From assembly GCA_043813365.1 (NCBI GenBank), contig JBDRLB010000029.1, positions 1 to 57,058 of the forward strand: a stretch of DNA of 57,058 bases, written 5' to 3'. A program made the translations under genes and the position numbers. The notes below the pieces were generated by a model, which was given only the letters and a program-made list of their open reading frames with translations, was not told the origin of the DNA and did no database searches. Every line of letters begins with the position of its first letter. Within the stretch, counting starts at the first letter, position 1. This stretch comes from Candidatus Micrarchaeota archaeon. Lineage in GTDB: Archaea; Micrarchaeota; Micrarchaeia; Norongarragalinales; SBBD01. This document shows, piece by piece, positions 38,436-46,490 of the stretch.

Positions 38436-38906
38436 ATGCCAGAACCCGGATTCCTAGCTGATGTGATGCTCCAGAAGCTTGCAAGATGGCTTCGGATGCT
38501 CGGCTGTTCCGTGCATCCGCCAATTTCAACTAACGATGACGATCTTATCCGGCAGGCAGCTGACAGCAATCTCATCCTCCTCACTAGGGATGTTGCGCTT
38601 TTCAAAAAAGCCCGGGACAATTGCCGTGCGCATCTCCTCAAAACGGATGATCTGGACTTGCAGTTGAAGGAAATGCTCCGGAAGTTCAAAATCCCCCTCA
38701 GAAAACGCCGCATACCTTCCGAAACCATCTGCTCCATCTGCAACGGCAAGCTGGAAAAAGTTGCCAAGGAGGAAGTGCGAAGCAGCGTGCCCAAAAAATC
38801 ATTCGCTTCGGTCTCCGATTTCCTTCGCTGTAAGGCATGCGGCAAAATATTCTGGAAGGGATCGCACAACAAGAAAATAATTGAAAAAATAACCCGCTTG
38901 CGTTGA
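38436..38906 (+). CDS. Mut7-C / DUF82 PIN-like RNase domain protein with C-terminal zinc ribbon
   Basis: FLADVMLQKLARWLRMLG start is typical of DUF82. CSIC...CKAC zinc ribbon. The long ORF 37962.. is an antisense artefact. Confidence 0.75.
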   Translation: MPEPGFLADVMLQKLARWLRMLGCSVHPPISTNDDDLIRQAADSNLILLTRDVALFKKARDNCRAHLLKTDDLDLQLKEMLRKFKIPLRKRRIPSETICSICNGKLEKVAKEEVRSSVPKKSFASVSDFLRCKACGKIFWKGSHNKKIIEKITRLR

Positions 38907-39018
38907 GTTATCGAGCAATGCCGATTTCGTTCTGCTGCCCATTTTTCCCTTTTTTTACGGTTTTTCACCCCCCCGCGAGCGCTTTTTATTCCTTTCATGC
39001 GTAATCCCGTTAAATAGC

Positions 39019-39810
39019 ATGTTCAAACGGGGGATATTCATGAAGGAAGGAAAGGTGGAGAAATATTACCGCGAAAAGATCGAATCCGAAGGGGCAATGC
39101 TATTTTCCCTGATCGATCCCGACAAGAGCTACCTTGAAAGGGGCGCAGCCATTGCAAAAGTATCCTATGAGGAAGGTGCGGATGTAATTCTCATTGGAGG
39201 TTCGCTAGGCGCTCAGGGAGCTCATCTTGATGAGACCGTGAAGATGATCAAGGAGGAGGTATCTGTTCCCGTTGTATTATTCCCGGGCAACATATCCGGC
39301 CTTACCGATTATGCGGATGCAGTATACTTCATGCACATGCTCAACAGCCGTGATGCGTATTGGCTTTCAACAGCGCAGATACAGGCCGCGCCCGTAGTGC
39401 AAAGGATGCGGATTGAGGCCATCCCAACAGCTTACATCGTCGTGGAGCCCGGCAGGGCAGTAGGTTGGATAGGAAATGCGAACCTTGTCCCCCGTGACCG
39501 GGCGGACCTTGCATATGCGTGCGCGCTTGCCGCAAAATTCTCAGGCTCACACGTTGTTATCACGGATGTTGGAAGCGGTGCACCCGAGCCCGCACCAAAG
39601 GAAATGATTTCAGCAGTTTCAAAGGCGTGCTCAAAGGACCTCCTCTACTTCGTTGCTGGGGGGATACGCTCTTCCGAGCAGGCAAAGGGCATCATCGAAG
39701 CAGGCGCAGATGGCATCCAGATCGGCACCGCATTCGAGGAAGGCGACGTCCGGAAGAAGCTGCGCGAAATGGTAAAGGCAGTTAAGGACGCAGGGAAGAA
39801 AAAAAGGTGA
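39019..39810 (+). CDS. geranylgeranylglyceryl phosphate synthase (PcrB/GGGPS family)
   Basis: LIDPDK, ILIGGS, VVLFPGN and C-terminal GGIRS...GADGIQIGTAFE TIM-barrel motifs. Confidence 0.85.
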   Translation: MFKRGIFMKEGKVEKYYREKIESEGAMLFSLIDPDKSYLERGAAIAKVSYEEGADVILIGGSLGAQGAHLDETVKMIKEEVSVPVVLFPGNISGLTDYADAVYFMHMLNSRDAYWLSTAQIQAAPVVQRMRIEAIPTAYIVVEPGRAVGWIGNANLVPRDRADLAYACALAAKFSGSHVVITDVGSGAPEPAPKEMISAVSKACSKDLLYFVAGGIRSSEQAKGIIEAGADGIQIGTAFEEGDVRKKLREMVKAVKDAGKKKR

Positions 39811-39840
39811 TTCCAATTGCTCGCAAATCAGTGTGCCTAA

Positions 39841-41805
39841 CTAGGTTCTGCCGCCTCCAGTTCCGCTCGGGCTCGGCGTGCGCACAACTGTCATTTCCAT
39901 CGTGTCCTCCACCATAATGCCATTGAGGTTGACTGCCCTTACGGTCACGAAATTAGATCCAGTCAGGAATCCATTTGTCCAGCAGGTCAATATTCTTTCC
40001 GGGTCCCATATGGTTTCGCTTGCGATAAAGCAGTTCATTATTCCCGGATTCGTCTGATCGGTTATCAGGAACAGCAGCTGGTCATCTGTATATTTAGTAT
40101 CCGATGCATACTGCCTCAAATCCCATGTCAGTGTCATCGTGCCACTATATACCGCCCTGCTAGGAATGTCGAACTGCAGAATTGCGGTGCGGACAGTTTT
40201 CTCCCTTTCAGAATAATATCCTCCAAGATCCGTTGCCCTGATCGTAACAGTAGTGTTCCCGACAGCCAATGCCGGCCCGCATTCTAGATACCGGTTCGCA
40301 CGTATCCAGCAATTTATGACCGAAGGTGCAGTCTGCGATGTTAAGGAAAACGAAAGCGCCGAGTCAGGTGAATTGTCGCCTACAAAATTCCAGATGTCCA
40401 AGGAAGGCAAATTATTTCCTATGTAAACATAATCTTGCAAGGGCATGTTGGCCCAGATGGGCGGCGTGTTCGTTATCGCATTATCCGAAATGAAAAAAGC
40501 CGTTACATTCCCAATGCGGTAGCGGCAAAGTGGAAATACCTGGAATTCCGTATTTGTGCCCCGGTCGGTCACGCCATTATTGATGTTCCTAACGAATTTT
40601 GATATGGGGAAATTGAATTCAACTCGCAGCTGATCGTCCGCTGCAGTGTCACACGCCTCGTTTTTTACCTCAAACAGCATAGTCCAGTCCGCGTAGTGCG
40701 TGACTTTTGTTGAGAATACGAAATCATTCCAGTCGAAGTCGTTGAAATCTTCAATAAGCGCACAAATATTCTCCCCCAACTGGGAGCCCCTCACCCTGCA
40801 GGGATAGCTTTTGCATGGCCCGCCGCCGTTATTGCAAAGCTGCGCAGGCTCGAAGATCCTGATTTCCGTTGGAGCTGGCGGCCGGTAATTCGGCAGCACC
40901 CTGAAATCGAAGAACTGCTGTGTCACGAGATCGCATGCATTCACATCGCATATTGGAGTGGGGAAATTCGGCGGTATCGTGGGGCTCGGGGATGCAGAAG
41001 GAGACGCACTGGGTGGTGCAGATGGGGAAGATGAACTGCTCGGGGATGCTGATGCACTAGGCGATGAACTGGGGGATGCTGTTGGTGAAGATGATGGGGA
41101 AGCACTTGCAGATGGAGAAGCCGATGGGGAAGGACTGCTGGCTGCGGGAACTTGGTCCTGAATATCCTTTTTACAAATAACGCTTCCGGCACGCGCCCAT
41201 GCCGTGAACGTATCGTCTGCGCCATTTGCCGGATAATTGCAATATTTAACAATCAGATGGAATTCCTCTCTGCTTATGTCTGGGGGCCCGAAATCTGATT
41301 CATCATTGCCATCGCAGCTAATTCTTGCGCTACTGAAGGAACTCCCTGGCAAATTGAAGAAAGATGCGATAACTGCCGTATAAAGCGGTTCCTCTCCTCC
41401 GGAAGGCACTGCAATAATCCTGCAATACGGCTCAGAGTATGAAATGCATTCCGCATTGCATATCGAAGGAGTGCAAGGAAGGCACGTCAATCCGTCCGCT
41501 GAACACCGCCTGTAGCAAATGGTTTCGCAAGGCACGACCCCATAGCCGCTGGGGCACGTATCATTCCTATAAGACTCGGTTCCGCAAAGGCTGTTGGGTA
41601 TGCAGTTCGTGTCGAACGGCGTAATGATCGGGGTTGAAGTTCCAGTCCAGCTCGCCTTTGCGGATGCTATATTCCCCCCTACGTCGCCAATATCCTTCCC
41701 CACAGGGAATACGACGTTCCTTACTGTAAGGGAAACAACTATCACGAAGAAAATCGCCGCTCCTATAAGCATAAGATACTCTATTGCAGTCTGGCCTCGC
41801 TCCAT
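39841..41805 (-). CDS. large pilin-signal surface protein / putative pilus-borne adhesin (654 aa)
   Basis: MERG|QTAIEYLMLIGAAIFFVIVV class III signal. Cys-rich domain, S/P/A low-complexity linker, central domain, two tandem Ig-like repeats. TTTATA about 25 nt upstream of ATG 41805. Confidence 0.65.
   Translation of the reverse strand: MERGQTAIEYLMLIGAAIFFVIVVSLTVRNVVFPVGKDIGDVGGNIASAKASWTGTSTPIITPFDTNCIPNSLCGTESYRNDTCPSGYGVVPCETICYRRCSADGLTCLPCTPSICNAECISYSEPYCRIIAVPSGGEEPLYTAVIASFFNLPGSSFSSARISCDGNDESDFGPPDISREEFHLIVKYCNYPANGADDTFTAWARAGSVICKKDIQDQVPAASSPSPSASPSASASPSSSPTASPSSSPSASASPSSSSSPSAPPSASPSASPSPTIPPNFPTPICDVNACDLVTQQFFDFRVLPNYRPPAPTEIRIFEPAQLCNNGGGPCKSYPCRVRGSQLGENICALIEDFNDFDWNDFVFSTKVTHYADWTMLFEVKNEACDTAADDQLRVEFNFPISKFVRNINNGVTDRGTNTEFQVFPLCRYRIGNVTAFFISDNAITNTPPIWANMPLQDYVYIGNNLPSLDIWNFVGDNSPDSALSFSLTSQTAPSVINCWIRANRYLECGPALAVGNTTVTIRATDLGGYYSEREKTVRTAILQFDIPSRAVYSGTMTLTWDLRQYASDTKYTDDQLLFLITDQTNPGIMNCFIASETIWDPERILTCWTNGFLTGSNFVTVRAVNLNGIMVEDTMEMTVVRTPSPSGTGGGRT
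40954..41151 (-). repeat. low-complexity coding repeat (SPSA/SSSP units) forming a roughly 65-aa linker in the adhesin
   Basis: Translation is VPAASSPSPSASPSASASPSSSPTASPSSSPSASASPSSSSSPSAPPSASPSASPSPTIPP. It generates the spurious + strand ORF 40958..41161. Confidence 0.8.
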
Positions 41806-41826
41806 TAGTTGAGAACGATACGGCAG

Positions 41827-41833
41827 TATAAAA
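41827..41833 (-). promoter_or_regulatory. TATA-box-like element for the adhesin gene (leaderless)
   Basis: TTTATA (minus strand) centred about 25 nt upstream of ATG 41805. Confidence 0.45.
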
Positions 41834-42003
41834 GGATTTTGGCTTGTTGGAGTCAAAGGAAAAATCTGCATCCGGAAAATTAGCCTTTGAGCAGTCAACG
41901 AGACGGCTGCGCAGGGAACTTTATTATGCCTTAAGGTAAACAATTATTTCATGGATTTTGAAAAAGTTATCAGAATTCCCCCAAGAAAATTATTCGGGCC
42001 CGC

Positions 42004-42399
42004 ATGTTAAGAAAACTCGATCAATTTGATTTCGCTCCAACAAACTCTACTGCTGGAGGTTATGCAATAACCGGAGAAATTTTATCCCATTTTGCCCGCA
42101 GGTCAGGGCTGCCGGCATCAGCCAAAATGTGGGCTTCCTATGACGAAAAAGAATCCCATGAAGGATTAATGCCCGGGGCCGAGGCAGAACTTGGCCGAGC
42201 ATCGGAAAAGCAGATTGAAAAATTCGGAACCTTGGTAAGGGCCACCTATAATCATATTGCCCGCAGGTATGCAAATGCAAGCAAACAAAAAGGCGCACCT
42301 ATTGAAATGAACCGCCAATACCTGTTGCATAAGTTTGGTGTTGTCATACAGTATATTGTCAACCTCGAAAGATTTAGTGGCGTAAAAGGCAAAAAATGA
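42004..42399 (+). CDS. hypothetical protein (131 aa)
   Basis: ATG ORF divergent from the adhesin gene. No motif recognised. Confidence 0.45.
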   Translation: MLRKLDQFDFAPTNSTAGGYAITGEILSHFARRSGLPASAKMWASYDEKESHEGLMPGAEAELGRASEKQIEKFGTLVRATYNHIARRYANASKQKGAPIEMNRQYLLHKFGVVIQYIVNLERFSGVKGKK

Positions 42400-42441
42400 G
42401 AAAGACTGTTCGACTTTATGTTAGTAATGAGAAAAAATCTG

Positions 42442-43266
42442 CTATTGGTCCCGTTCTCCAAGAATCGCCGCTCCGATGGCCGTGCAATATTTTCCGTTTT
42501 TAGGGAAAATCGCCTTGCCCCCGAATAGCCGGACCGCCTCAGCAATTCTTTTCCTCACAAGCGCATTCTCCTCGACTACCCTTCCGGTAAACACTATTTC
42601 GCTGCTTTTCTGGCTTCTTGCTGCCAGAATTCCCATCACTCCCAAGCTTTCCGCAACCAGCTTGATGACTGAAGAGGCGATTTCCTCCCTATTGAATGCG
42701 GTTTCCCTTGCAGCCCTGCCGAAATTGCTTGCCGTGACATTTCCGGGCAATTTGCCGAAGCGCTTCCCAATGAGGTCGCCTATGGTGAGATCGAGATGCC
42801 CCTCCCCCGCGATTTCCTCGATTTCAGACACATCCGCGGATAAAAGCAGCCTTCCCAATCCCTCCAAAGTACCGCCGCCGATCCCGGTTCCTGCTATATG
42901 CGAATATTTTTTCCCATCAACCAGGATGAACGGCGTCCCGGTGCCCACATTCACGACAACAAGCCGCTTTTTCCCCGTAAGGAATTTCGCTCCCTCCGCA
43001 ATTGCCGCCATCTCCCCGAACTCCCGTACCTTTACCTTTTTCTCGAGCGCTTTCAGGCCTGCGCTCCTTTTCCTTACTGCGGCAACCTTCCCCGCCCGGA
43101 TTCCGGTTATTGAAACCCCATGCCCGTTCCCGAGCTCCTTCCGTATTATGTTAAGCAAAAACCGCTCATCGTAATCCGCTTGGGGGATGGAGTACGCCTT
43201 CCTGAGCTTCCCTCCTTCCAATACGACCGCATCAACATACGATGCGCCGAAATCAATCCCAATCAT
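42442..43266 (-). CDS. ASKHA-fold kinase resembling type II pantothenate kinase
   Basis: MIGIDFGASY phosphate-1 motif. VVNVGTGTPFILVDGKKYSHIAGTGIGGGTLEGLGRLLL closely matches the NIGTGTS...GGTGxGGGTxxGL pattern of type II PanK. Confidence 0.55.
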   Translation of the reverse strand: MIGIDFGASYVDAVVLEGGKLRKAYSIPQADYDERFLLNIIRKELGNGHGVSITGIRAGKVAAVRKRSAGLKALEKKVKVREFGEMAAIAEGAKFLTGKKRLVVVNVGTGTPFILVDGKKYSHIAGTGIGGGTLEGLGRLLLSADVSEIEEIAGEGHLDLTIGDLIGKRFGKLPGNVTASNFGRAARETAFNREEIASSVIKLVAESLGVMGILAARSQKSSEIVFTGRVVEENALVRKRIAEAVRLFGGKAIFPKNGKYCTAIGAAILGERDQ

Positions 43267-43397
43267 GGCATCCCCAAAATAGCAATGCGAATTGGATAAT
43301 AAAGCATGTGCCCCCCCATCAGCCCTTTATTTATAGCTGCCTCCCATTCCCATTATCGAGCAATAAATTTTAATTCACCAAAGCATTAGGTATTTTC

Positions 43398-43508
43398 ATG
43401 AAAAAAGCCTCCAGGAAGAAAACTGCCGTAGATCTCCGGCCCATAGAGGAAAAGGCGATTTCAAGCTCGCAGAAATCCGTGATCAAGAAGCTCAAGTCCG
43501 CCAAATGA
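43398..43508 (+). CDS. possible tiny Lys-rich protein (36 aa); speculative
   Basis: MKKASRKKTAVDLRPIEEKAISSSQKSVIKKLKSAK. ATAAATTTTAAT centred about 29 nt upstream (leaderless geometry). No other support. Confidence 0.25.
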   Translation: MKKASRKKTAVDLRPIEEKAISSSQKSVIKKLKSAK

Positions 43509-43510
43509 CC

Positions 43511-45102
43511 TCAGAGGAGGCCCATAAAACCTAGCAGGGACAGCCCAACCCCGACTATGCCTTCACCTGCAATTATTCCGCCTGCAACAAGCCGTGCACG
43601 GTCAGCGATTTTGCGCTTTTCCGCATTGTACCTAATGAATCCTCCAATAAACAATGGAAGCGACAATTCCATGGGCACGTACATGCCGATCCCGAATGCA
43701 ACAGGCGCCAGCCCGAGCCCTTTCCTGAAACGGAATGCGATCAAGGTGATCACTGCGCCAACAGCAGCTCCAAACCCCAGCATTTGAGGTATGCCTTCGG
43801 CGCTTATCAGTTCCTTTATGGCAACAGCCTGCGGAGCAGGGAAATCGATCCCCCCGATCCCTCCTGAATGCTGGATGGAAAGCAGCACTATGCCGATTGC
43901 CAATGACGCCGCAACGAGCCGACCAGCTGCGCAACCATCTGGTGCTCCAATTTTGTACCGAGAATGTATCCTGCCTTCAGGTCCTGCATCATGTCCCCCG
44001 CCATTCCTGCTGCGATCGTGACAATTGCCGCAAGGATCACCAACGGCAGCGCAGACTGCGTTATCAGCAATTTCGCAGCTATCAGCACTAACATCGCATA
44101 AATCTCCATCGGGTCCACGTTCATTTCCCCGGTTGAGCGGCCAGCCACATACGACATTGCAAAAGCGCCCATAATTGCCAATATGGAAAGCGGCCAATCG
44201 AGATTCAGCACAATTGCCATCACTCCGGCGCATACTATCAGGCTGGTTCCCGCAATCCTTCCAATGCCCCTGCTGTCATAGCTTTCAACCAGCCTTCCCA
44301 TCTGCGGCAATCCCTTCAGGATGAAATACATGATTGCACTTCCAAGAACCATCCCTACGCCAAGTGGGCGTGCGATCCCGGAGACAACCGCAAATTTATC
44401 TGCAAATAGCGCTGCAGTCAATGCATACGGGATGATCACGAAATATGTGAAAATTGCGCCCAAAAACCAGGCCGCAGTGAAACGCCATCCAATGAGGAAT
44501 CCGCCTGCAAGCGGAATGAGCGAAATTGAGCTCCCCAGCGAAAAAACCTTCCCGGCTGAAATTTTCAGCGATTCGAGGTTTACATATGGGGGAAGCACTT
44601 TCAGGAAATCCCTTGCAAGGGAAAACAGCGCGCCTGCCCCGAAAGAGTAAATGAGCGCATGCGTTTCCCTCCCTCCCCTATCGCCCGCATTGATCAATGC
44701 AGCAGCAGCGGTTCCGTCTGCGCATGGCAGGTTCTCCCGTTCAATCAGCTGCTTCCTCAACGGGTATGAAAAAAGCACCCCCAGGATTCCGCCTACTAGG
44801 GATATTACGAGGATTTCCATGTAGGAGATCTGCATACCCAGCATCATTGCAGCCGGGATTGTGAAAATTATCCCGCCTGCAAGCAGCCCGCCGGAGCTTC
44901 CGGCAGTTTGCATTACATTCACGTTGTTTTTTCTGGCCTTTCCGAACACACCCAAAACCGCCAATGATATAAGCGAAGTTGTGACTATGGGCCAATATAA
45001 CCCACCGACCTTCAGACCCGCATATGCACTGTATGCGGCAACAATGACTGACAGCAGCGCACCCAGCGCCAGTGCCGTATAGGATAATTTGGATTCAGCC
45101 AT
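43511..45102 (-). CDS. OPT-family oligopeptide/metal-chelate transporter; reading frame broken by a 1-nt deletion near 43915-43921 (ORFs 43888..45102 and 43511..44233)
   Basis: Polytopic. DLKAGYILGTKLEHQMVAQLVG then shifts frame to LVAASLAIGIVLL..., which together match the OPT motif DLKTGYLxG...Q..AQLxGxLVG. Confidence 0.75.
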
Positions 45103-45498
45103 TTTCCCTTTCCCCGAACTTCAGGAAAGTGAGTCCGCAGGCTTTTATTCTTTTCTCCCAACGAGGAAAACGGGAAATCCCCCATAAATTTTCCCTTTCA
45201 CATCAAGCGCCTTTTTTTCACATAGACAATCGTCTAACTCGGCAATAAAACCAAACCTATTTATACTTTCAGCATGTTTTATTCTTCGATGGTAATGCAA
45301 CAGCTCTTCCATAAAACTGTTTTGATGCTGAAGACCCTTTGCACTACTATGCGCTATCCTTGTTTCAACTTTTGAAAAAAGAGGATGATGCGCTTTTCAA
45401 GGTGCTTTTTGCGCTGACTCGTTTCACAATACCTAAGCACTAGCTTTAGCTGTTTTTTTAAAAAAAATCGAGGTGGTATTGAAAAGTTCTGGAGAACT

Positions 45499-45579
45499 GG
45501 AGGCGGCGAGGGAGAGCGGGCGATGAAAACCCAAAGGAGGCAATTCCGTTGCAATCATGCCCCCTCCCTTTCCGCTCCT
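45499..45579. ncRNA. long imperfect hairpin, copy A (unclassified structured element; strand unresolved)
   Basis: 5' arm 45499-45526 pairs with 3' arm 45555-45579 (about 25 bp with bulges). The loop carries CCAAAGGAGGCA at 45531-45542. Confidence 0.4.
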
Positions 45580-45611
45580 TCATGTATCAACGAGGGTGAG
45601 GGGATATCTAT

Positions 45612-45743
45612 ATGGAACGACGTCGCGAGCTGAGATGGAGGATGAGGGAGGACCGCAGGAGGAAGTATGGCTCCCTCAAGTTTTTCTGGCCCGCGTCGAA
45701 ATACCTGCAGGATGGGGACGGGGAAGAATTGAAGGACAAATAA
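45612..45743 (+). CDS. possible small Arg-rich protein (43 aa); speculative
   Basis: MERRRELRWRMREDRRRKYGSLKFFWPASKYLQDGDGEELKDK. GGGTGAGGGG Shine-Dalgarno-like 8 nt upstream. Hairpin CCGGT/ACCGG follows after the stop. Confidence 0.3.
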   Translation: MERRRELRWRMREDRRRKYGSLKFFWPASKYLQDGDGEELKDK

Positions 45744-45862
45744 AAAGAAGATGCCGGTCGAGTGCAAATAACCGGTTTGATTGGTGTCGTTAGCGTAAAC
45801 AATCCGAAAAAAACCAGAAGAGCCCTAGAGCTATTGGGTAATGTTGCCTTGTTTGTAATGTT

Positions 45863-45943
45863 GGTGGTCGGAGAGAAAAGGCGGTGTTATCCAAAGGAGG
45901 CATTTTAATCAGAACGCTTGTCGCCTTTCCGTCTCTTTCCACT
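45863..45943. ncRNA. long imperfect hairpin, copy B (paralog of copy A; strand unresolved)
   Basis: AAAGGCG(45877-83)/CGCCTTT(45922-28) and GAGAG/TCTCT stems plus G:T pairs. The loop carries CCAAAGGAGGCA at 45891-45902. Confidence 0.4.
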
Positions 45944-46074
45944 CATGCTCAATTCGAGTGCCTAAAAATAACGCTTCCAAACTTATTAAATGTTCGGGTT
46001 AAAACTGGGTTAAATTGAGTGCGGGAAAGGCCATGCTAGGATGCAGCCTTATTTTAGGCATTCCTTAATCCGGG

Positions 46075-46425
46075 TCAAATCGCCGCGCCTGATTTCTGAG
46101 CAGCTTCCAGCTTCTTCCTCAATCCCATGAAGCGCTCATTCAGCTTCGTCTCCTGCTTCAGAAGGCCGCTTTTCCTTAATTCGAGCGCTTCCTTCTCCTC
46201 CATCAGTTCCTTTTTTAGCGCCGGTATCTGCTTGGGTATGAAAACACTTCCCACCAAACGGTAAACTGTTCCTGCCTTCTCGCCCATCTTCCCCAGCTCT
46301 TCCACGGCTTTCTCATTTTCCTGCAGCTGCACCTGTATCTGCTGCTTCTGCATTGCTATCAGCTGCAATTGCTGCTGCAAATTCTGGAATTCGATTATCT
46401 CGTTCCTGAGCTCCTCTTCTGCCAT
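46075..46425 (-). CDS. pfdB: prefoldin beta subunit
   Basis: 116 aa with two coiled-coil arms flanking a beta hairpin (YRLVGSVFI). Perfect GGTGATC Shine-Dalgarno 2-3 nt upstream. Confidence 0.8.
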   Translation of the reverse strand: MAEEELRNEIIEFQNLQQQLQLIAMQKQQIQVQLQENEKAVEELGKMGEKAGTVYRLVGSVFIPKQIPALKKELMEEKEALELRKSGLLKQETKLNERFMGLRKKLEAAQKSGAAI

Positions 46426-46490
46426 ATGATCACCTGAAATAGAACCTATCCTTATGGGGGGTTAGGTTTATAGCGATATCTGGAAGTCTG

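Noticed and set aside
45381-45418. C-box-like GGATGATG and D-box CTGA suggesting a C/D box sRNA
   Set aside because: The boxes are only about 25 nt apart (too short for guide, D', C' and guide), the C box is imperfect, and there is no terminal stem.
45486-45497. Inverted repeat GTTCT-GG-AGAAC next to a T7A8 tract, reminiscent of an origin recognition box plus an unwinding element
   Set aside because: There is only one copy, no orc1/cdc6 gene nearby and no repeated ORB-like elements. It is kept as a note within the 45103-46074 finding, not called as an origin.
45103-46074. Search by eye for RNase P RNA and SRP RNA signatures
   Set aside because: GAGGAAAACGGG (45163) and GAGGGTGAGGGG (45592) only loosely resemble RNase P CR-I/J11-12. 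No P4 partner or SRP helix-8 GGAAG/AGCA motif was found. A covariance-model scan is needed before excluding them formally.
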